From Rhizaria sp. SCN 62-66 (Eukaryota): a DNA stretch of 64,000 nt. The DNA lies in the NCBI GenBank assembly GCA_001724265.1, contig MEDY01000005.1:62001-126000 (forward strand), in the 5' to 3' direction. Below, piece by piece: positions 59,243-64,000 of the stretch. Both the position numbers and the translations under genes were made by a program. The number at the start of each line of letters is the position of its first letter. Position 1 is the first letter of the stretch. Under the pieces are notes generated by a model. That model did not search any database. It saw nothing but the letters and a program-made list of their open reading frames with translations, and was not told the DNA's origin.

Positions 59243-61565
59243 CGAGGACAGTGAGGCGATACCGCTTGGATTAGTTTGTGGTCTCGGCCTATCATGAGAA
59301 AATAATGTAGAAATAGGCCGGGGAGAAATCAAGTGTGAGAAGGTGAGTGGCAATTGATAAACGAACATCGTAAACTGTTCCAAGAGTAAGGGCGGTGACG
59401 CTGGGCGCGGACGCGGACACAGCAGCGTCATTGATACTTCAGCAATCAGGAGTGCACAGCGGCGTGGGCAAACTCGCGGGTGACGCTATGAAAGCGCAGA
59501 ACAAGAGCCAAGACCAAGGCCATGACCAGAACCAGGCCTTAATTATTGCATGTGCTGACGCAGCTGCCGCTACTGAGGCCGGTGCGATAGAGCCCGCGAT
59601 ACCGTTGAAATATCGGGCGACTGCGGTTGGTAATGTTGCGGCTAACGCTATTAACCACTGCTGCCATGTATAGGCAGTCATCAGACATTGAAAGTACTTT
59701 GGTGATGAACGCGGGTCGCTTGTTTGCGATGATGGTCGCAGATCCTGCCCCATCTGTGGTCTCGGAGAACGGTGCGGCTGTAGAGTCCGAATCAGCTCTT
59801 GGTCGCATGCTATAGAATGAACATAAAGATCTGGATGACAAAATCACGTGCATTACTTTATAGCTACATCCGACGACTCTTTATCGTGCAATGCTTCTAG
59901 CTCCTGCTCGAGCGAGATAGCCGTTCGTCTCAGCCAAACATCAAGTTCCGAAAAATTAGCACTGGTGAATGTACACATCTTGGAGTTTAATGACTCGGTT
60001 GAAATGGGAAGTTCAAGATGTGGCAATAAATTTGTGGTCAATTATTGTATTTTCATAGAACTTAAATCGACTTAAAATGACGTAACATATGGCTCAAGCT
60101 ATCGCGTCGCTGCTGGTCTGCCATCTAACTTGAATGACCATAAGTACTTACTTTAAGCCAACCATCTAATGTCATCGGCATATGTGTGTTCAGACGACCG
60201 CAATGATAAAACACGTATTGTGTATGTGCGCTCGCGAATGGCGATGTCTCGTGAAATTTTGCCGGAGTTGTGGAAGATAGCTCTTCGTCTGTGAAAAAGA
60301 ACTTAAAGTAACCTAAGTGGCATGGGACCAAAGATTGGTGACTGCTTTGAATATATAATTGACGTTGCTGAAACAAACGATTGACATAACCTAGGACACT
60401 GCGTTGGGAAATGAATATACAACAGGAATCAGTCGAAAAGAGGTTGGGCTTCAGTCGATGAGGTGGCCCTACTTACATCGACAGCTGAGGTGTTTACACC
60501 GTGCAAGTCCCTCGCTGGAAGCGTAAGAGGCGTGACCCTGACCGCTGAGTGTAGCATTGTGAATGTAAGTGTTGTTGCGTGTTGGTGTGTGACAATGATG
60601 TCAACAAACTCGAACACAGACGCCTCCGCAGATCCGCAGGCCCACTCGCATCCACATGGACACACAGAACCCTTCATAAATCGTTACATCACAGTCAACA
60701 ACAACGACAAGAACACAATGCAACACGCGTGCGTACAACGCACGAGTCTTGAAGCACGGTGCTTGCTTGTTTGTGGTATTGAGAATGTTCGAACGATAAT
60801 AAATGAATCGTCACATCGACAACAATAAACATAAAACAAAAAAAAAACTAAAGGATACAACACTTTGTAGAACACTACGTAACAGTAGATAGGCAAGAAG
60901 CGTGAAAATACACGCCAGCCATCATCAGCATACAGCAGCAAAACGTTCAAGCTCGTCAAGAACACAAGTAACCGCACTTGGAACAAGTGTAACTATACTG
61001 CTGTGAAATACAAGAACGAACAAGGACGAATATGCTGCGTGTCAGTGGCTGATACAAAACAAAACAATGACGATTGACTTTAAAAAACATAATTAAGACG
61101 GGTAAAAACATACAAATAAGTGAGAAGGACAAACACAAGAAAATACAGAGAGCAATGATTGGGATGCTGATGTAAATACCGTCTTGTCGCTGATAATGAC
61201 AGTAAGCGTAAGATATTACACAAGACTGAGTTGCAATACGACTAGAAGGTGATTCTAGAGATATGATATCACGAGTGGCATGTGAGGATATTTACATTAT
61301 TTACAAGAGGATGACAGTCAAATTCAATATGGCTGCGTTACAAAGTGTGTTGTGTTGTGAAATGAACAAGAATTCCGAAACAGAAATGAAGATTGGCGCT
61401 ATAAAAGCTTATCATGAGATGATATGGAAGTTGAATCAAACATATTGTGGTGGGTGCACACAAGTGCACATATCAAAGTCGACGAGAAAACCAAACATCG
61501 CGTGGTTGACGGGCACGAGCGTGTTCGCTATATGCACGCATGGCTGTCTGTCGCACGAGTTAATT

Positions 61566-64000
61566 TCAATAGTTGACAGTAAAAGCCGCGGTGATCGCGG
61601 TGTGGTCGCTGGGCACCTCCGCGGAGGGGAATGGGCCCTGCAGAGCCGGGTGGCCAGAGTCCGTGGCCCTACGAGCAGCACAAAAGAGGGAGAACACAAA
61701 AATGATTGAGTGAGAATCAAGGATAATATAAACGGGATATATTCTTCTGAAACTAGAGCAATAAATTCACAATTAGTTTTCAATATAATCATCTCCATAA
61801 TAGTCAAGTCGCGTACCTAGCGCCGAGCCCGAGGCCGAGCGAGGCCGCGACGCGCACGGCCGCAGCGTCCGCGCTGAGCGCCAGCGGCTTGCCTCCCGCG
61901 CCCAGCACAACGGCTGCGGCGGCAGAGGCAGGCGCAGCGTCGGCGGCCGTGTTGTTCTCAGCGGCCGTGGCCGTGGCGGTGATCGAGCCGTCGCGATCGG
62001 CGGGCGTGCTGACGCGCTTGGGCGCCGTGAGAGGCGCGATGGTCCACGCCGCGATGCAACGCACACCGCTATTCGAGGCACCACTCGCGGTCGCAGGCGC
62101 GCCGCTGTGGAGGATATAGTCGAGACAGCCGCGGAAGAGGTGCGTGAGGTTCGTGTACTCCGGCTCGCCCTGCGCCTGCGACAGCAACACCGGCAGTAGC
62201 TCGGACTGCGGTGTGGGGGCCGCCGCGGGCACGAGCGCGGGCGCGGGGGTGATTACCGTCGCGGGCGCAGGCGAGTCGCGTGCGACAAGAGCGTGAGTGG
62301 TTGAAACGGCGTTCGTGTTACCCATGCACTGGGTGTGATCGTTGTTGTTGACTGCGAAAACAGAGCTGAGGCCGAGAGAGTGGGTCAGCTCATCGTCGCA
62401 CAAAACACCGCTGCCATCGCCACTGCCGCTGCTAGGGCCACGGGGCAGCCAGAGCGCGTGTTGCCAGCTGGGCTTGCTCAGTCTACGCACCGTGTCGGAG
62501 ACACAAGAGAAGCTCGTGTTCGGAGTCGCTTCGTCGCTCGGGCTGATACTGTTGTTCAGAGTTGGGATCGGCAGAGGCAAATGCAGCACCGACAACAGAG
62601 CGCGGGGATTCACGATGACCATAGACTCGGAGACAGCTCTGGGCTCAGCGTTCGACTCGTCCGCCTCGGTGTCCACCCCTGAGGTAGAGTCGGCGTCAGA
62701 CTCAGAGTCCGACTCGGTGTCGGAGAAGACTTCGCCGCCGTAACCCACGAGCACGACGCGCTTCCTCCTGGTCTTGTCCGTGGCGTCCGCACTGTCACCG
62801 CCGCTCGCGGTGCTGCCTCCATCACAAGCACTGGTGGGCTTGGCAGCTGGGACAGGCATCGTAACGAACAGCGGCGGCAGCGGCAGCAGCGCCGACAACG
62901 GGGTCACCTGCGTTTGCGACAGCGACTGCCACTGTGTAGCGTGCGACTGCGCGGTGTGCGACAGAGACTGCGTGTGCGCGTAGGAGCAGTGCGGCAGCGG
63001 GAGTGGGAGCGCGATGGGCGCGAAGGACGGCGGCAGCGAGCTGGCCGTGGGCAGCGTCGGTGGCAGGCGCGGGTGCTGCAGGAGTCCGTTGGCGACCGCG
63101 TGCGGTGACGCCACATCCGCCGCCACAGAGGCCGGCACCGCGATCGTCGCCGCGGGGGCCAGCGCGGCAGCCGCGGCGCCGGCGCCGGCTGCCACGGGGG
63201 CCGGCGTGGCGGCAGGCGCGGCGCTGGCAGCAGCGGCAGCAGAAGGAGCGTTGACAGCGGCGCTCTTCGCGCTCTGTGTGTGGTAGCACAGCAGGGCGTT
63301 GACGCCGCTGGTGTTGCCGGCCGGAGTGGCGCCGAAACTCGCAGGGCTGCTGACCGCGTTGCCGTTGCTGCAGCAGCTGGGACTCAGCGTGAACGACGAC
63401 GACCGCGGCGGCAGCCCCTTGCGGGCCGCACCGGCGCCAGCGCTGGTCGGCGAGAGGGTAACGCCGTTGGCAGAGGTCAAGCCGGAAATGGGCTGAAGCG
63501 TGACGGTGAGTCTAGCGGAGAGTGGGCCGTGGCCGTGAACAAGCGCTTGACCGGCACCGTGACTGGGCTCAGCGCCAATCAGGCCGATGGGACTCAAATG
63601 AGTGTGGCCGTGCACAGACGCTGCGAGGGCTCTAACTCTAGCGCCCACGCTCGCAATCGACTCGGCCGCGAACGCGGACGCAGCGGCGGCGCCGCCCGCG
63701 GCCCCGACCGGGCTGCCGTTGCCGCTCTTGCCCTTGGCCGCCCCCACACTAATGACGCCAACGCCAGCGCCACTGCCGCCCCCGCTGACGCCGTTGACTG
63801 CGATGGCGAGGCCGGTCAGCCCGCTGACGCCGACGGCGACGCTGCGGCTGTTGCTGTTGCTGCGCGGCGGCAGCGGCGGCGACAGCGACGGGGACTGCGA
63901 CGGCGAGGGCGACGGAGACGGTGACGGCGACGGGGACGGCCGCGGGGACGGGGCGGGCGTCGCCGCGCCCGCGCTAAGGCCCGCGACGAGAGGCAGGTTG
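61566..64000 (-). CDS. C-terminal part of a CCR4/nocturnin/PDE12-family EEP nuclease; 5' end lies outside the window
   Basis: The frame is open from the window edge to 61817, then intron 61816-61669 and last exon 61668-61566. Motifs LTHSLGLSSVF, EPEYTNLTHLFRGCLDYI, FPSAEVPSDH.AI.A.F. Confidence 0.82.

Noticed and set aside
131-63924. Many long antisense or alternate-frame ORFs (e.g. 131-790, 6594-7697, 28465-30129, 35329-37590, 53133-54401)
   Set aside because: They are shadows of GC-rich, codon-biased real genes on the opposite strand or frame and carry no recognisable motifs.
1-64000. tRNA (including a CUA-anticodon tRNA), rRNA, CRISPR arrays, telomeric arrays and transposase/RT genes
   Set aside because: None recognised by eye; the repeats seen are coding microsatellites. 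A covariance-model scan would be needed to exclude small RNAs.

Overview
Gene-dense nuclear DNA from a eukaryote, most likely a protist; the lineage cannot be fixed from this window. GC-rich coding exons alternate with AT-rich ~100-240 nt GT-AG introns and short intergenic spacers. I reconstructed 16 protein-coding genes by hand: an XK-like membrane protein (partial), RAMP4/SERP1, a SANT/Myb-like hypothetical, a class I HDAC, a Rab11-like GTPase, a TPR protein, a Cof-type HAD phosphatase, a probably mitochondrial GcvR-like ACT protein, a giant coiled-coil protein, a C-terminally anchored KEN/RVxF protein, a DENN protein with three F-BAR-like modules, an AIG1/FAR-17a-like protein, a LysE-like exporter, a ~4,100-aa TFIIIC-90-like protein, ARL5 and a CCR4-family EEP nuclease (partial). 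No rRNA, tRNA, CRISPR array or intact mobile element was recognised. The most notable signal is in the coiled-coil gene: an in-frame TAG (26012-26014) sits inside continuous coding-like sequence and a second TAG (27614-27616) is followed by 25 more open codons, while the other 14 gene ends use only TAA or TGA. This fits UAG sense reassignment or readthrough, but a 267-nt exitron, a nonsense allele or a sequencing error are live alternatives. Other points of interest: the DENN + triple F-BAR architecture, three bacterial-type genes, a GTAYGY splice-donor consensus, six head-to-head gene pairs, MSA/CHR-like promoter motifs, and heavy low-complexity inflation of conserved domains. All family assignments come from motif recognition by eye, not database searches.
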